A stretch of DNA of 53,148 bases, counting the filler, from Jimgerdemannia flammicorona (taxonomy: Eukaryota): the NCBI GenBank assembly GCA_003990765.1. It is 2 parts of 2 records of this genome, joined end to end, with 100 filler letters (N's around TTAATTAATTAA, not from the genome) between each part and the next. Parts side by side here need not be neighbours in the genome. Positions count along the whole stretch, not along the records: positions 26,627 to 53,148 come from RBNJ01000721.1; 1 more part is not named here. The stretch is one strand, 5' to 3'. Every line of letters starts with the position of its first letter. The first letter of the stretch is position 1. This document shows, piece after piece, positions 52,267-53,148 of the stretch. The translations under genes and the position numbers were made by a program. The notes under the pieces were generated by a model, which made no database searches, was not told the origin of the DNA, and saw only the letters and a program-made list of their open reading frames with translations.

Positions 52267-53148
52267 ATGGCCACAAATAAGCAAGAGGACTCGAACAGGC
52301 CCACCACAGAGACGAGGGACCCACAATATTTCGCTTACTATGCAATGCTTCAGCACCAGGTACAGCTAAAGCGAACACCCTTTGCCACTCCCTCCACCCC
52401 ACCAGTTCTCCAGACTGACCGTGACACCCTGAACATCTCCCACAGCAAAATATGCTCCAGGACAGCGTGCGCACCTCCACCTACCGTTCCGCCATACTCC
52501 TCAACGGCCCTGCGTGCTTTCAAGACAAAGTTGTTATGGACGTCGGCGCCGGCTCCGGGATCCTTTCCTATTTCTCGGTCCAGGCTGGCGCGAAGAAGGT
52601 ATATGCCGTGGAGGCCTCCAACATGGCCGCAAAGATGAAAAAGATCGTCGAGGCCGCTAAGACACAAGGGAAGAACGTTTTTCTCAAGGATAAGATTGAG
52701 GTCATACAAGGTTAGCTTAACATCTTGTCAGTGGCGATTGTGAGGACCATTGATGCAGTGTCATTTGGTCCATCAGCCGACCCTCTCCGACAATCCATTC
52801 TGCATACATGCTTCCCCCCAGCCAAAATCGAAGAGCCCAATCTCCCGATACCGCAAGTCGATACCATCATCTCCGAACCCATTGGTGTTTTACTCATCCA
52901 CGAGCGTATGGTAGGTCACCGTCTCGATTGATTAAAAACCGTTGTCCCCGTACTGATAATCCATTAAACATGCGTTAGCTCGAGAGCTTTATCCACGCGC
53001 GAGATCACTACCTCAAACCTGGGGGCGCGCTGTTCCCCTCAAAGGGCGTGATCTACCTTGCGCCTTTCACGGATGCTGGTCTGTGGAGTGAGACGATGGG
53101 CAAGGCGCGGTTTTGGTAGGTATCGCGTCTGTCGTTTTTTTTTTTTTT
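52267..53148 (+). CDS. CARM1: Protein arginine methyltransferase PRMT4/CARM1-like, 5' part (runs off the window)
   Basis: [62 protein letters not shown]. Confidence 0.85.

Overview
Fungal genomic DNA with intron-rich genes. A CARM1/PRMT4 gene and the transposon types suggest an early-diverging, Mucoromycota-like fungus (inference). The window is two ~26.5 kb pieces joined by an artificial N44-TTAATTAATTAA-N44 spacer (26527-26626), so the halves are probably not neighbours. The left half is a nest of mobile elements. (i) A degenerate, intron-containing DUF3435/Starship-captain-like tyrosine recombinase gene starts at 335; it is visible only after splicing and removing two insertions. (ii) A full-length Ty3/Gypsy LTR retrotransposon (1432-11826, minus) sits in that gene; it carries a dUTPase, an unexplained Cys/His-containing pol insert and an extra 3' ORF coupled to pol by an ATGA overlap. 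(iii) A Tc1 transposon sits exactly in the recombinase YxFRRG motif. (iv) An endonuclease-less Penelope-like retroelement forms 3901-bp tandem units and a ~9 kb palindrome. Its Cys/His ORF1 is joined to the RT by an A_AAA_AAC -1 frameshift signal, the palindrome flips at a 200-bp module bounded by inverted repeats, and the array ends in a T(A)n tail. The repeats show heavy CpG (and in older DNA CpA) decay. The right half is ordinary gene-dense DNA: UDP-glucose dehydrogenase, a VPS9-domain protein, a ferric reductase/NOX-family protein, ARL1, a hypothetical gene, RIB3, UGGT and CARM1.
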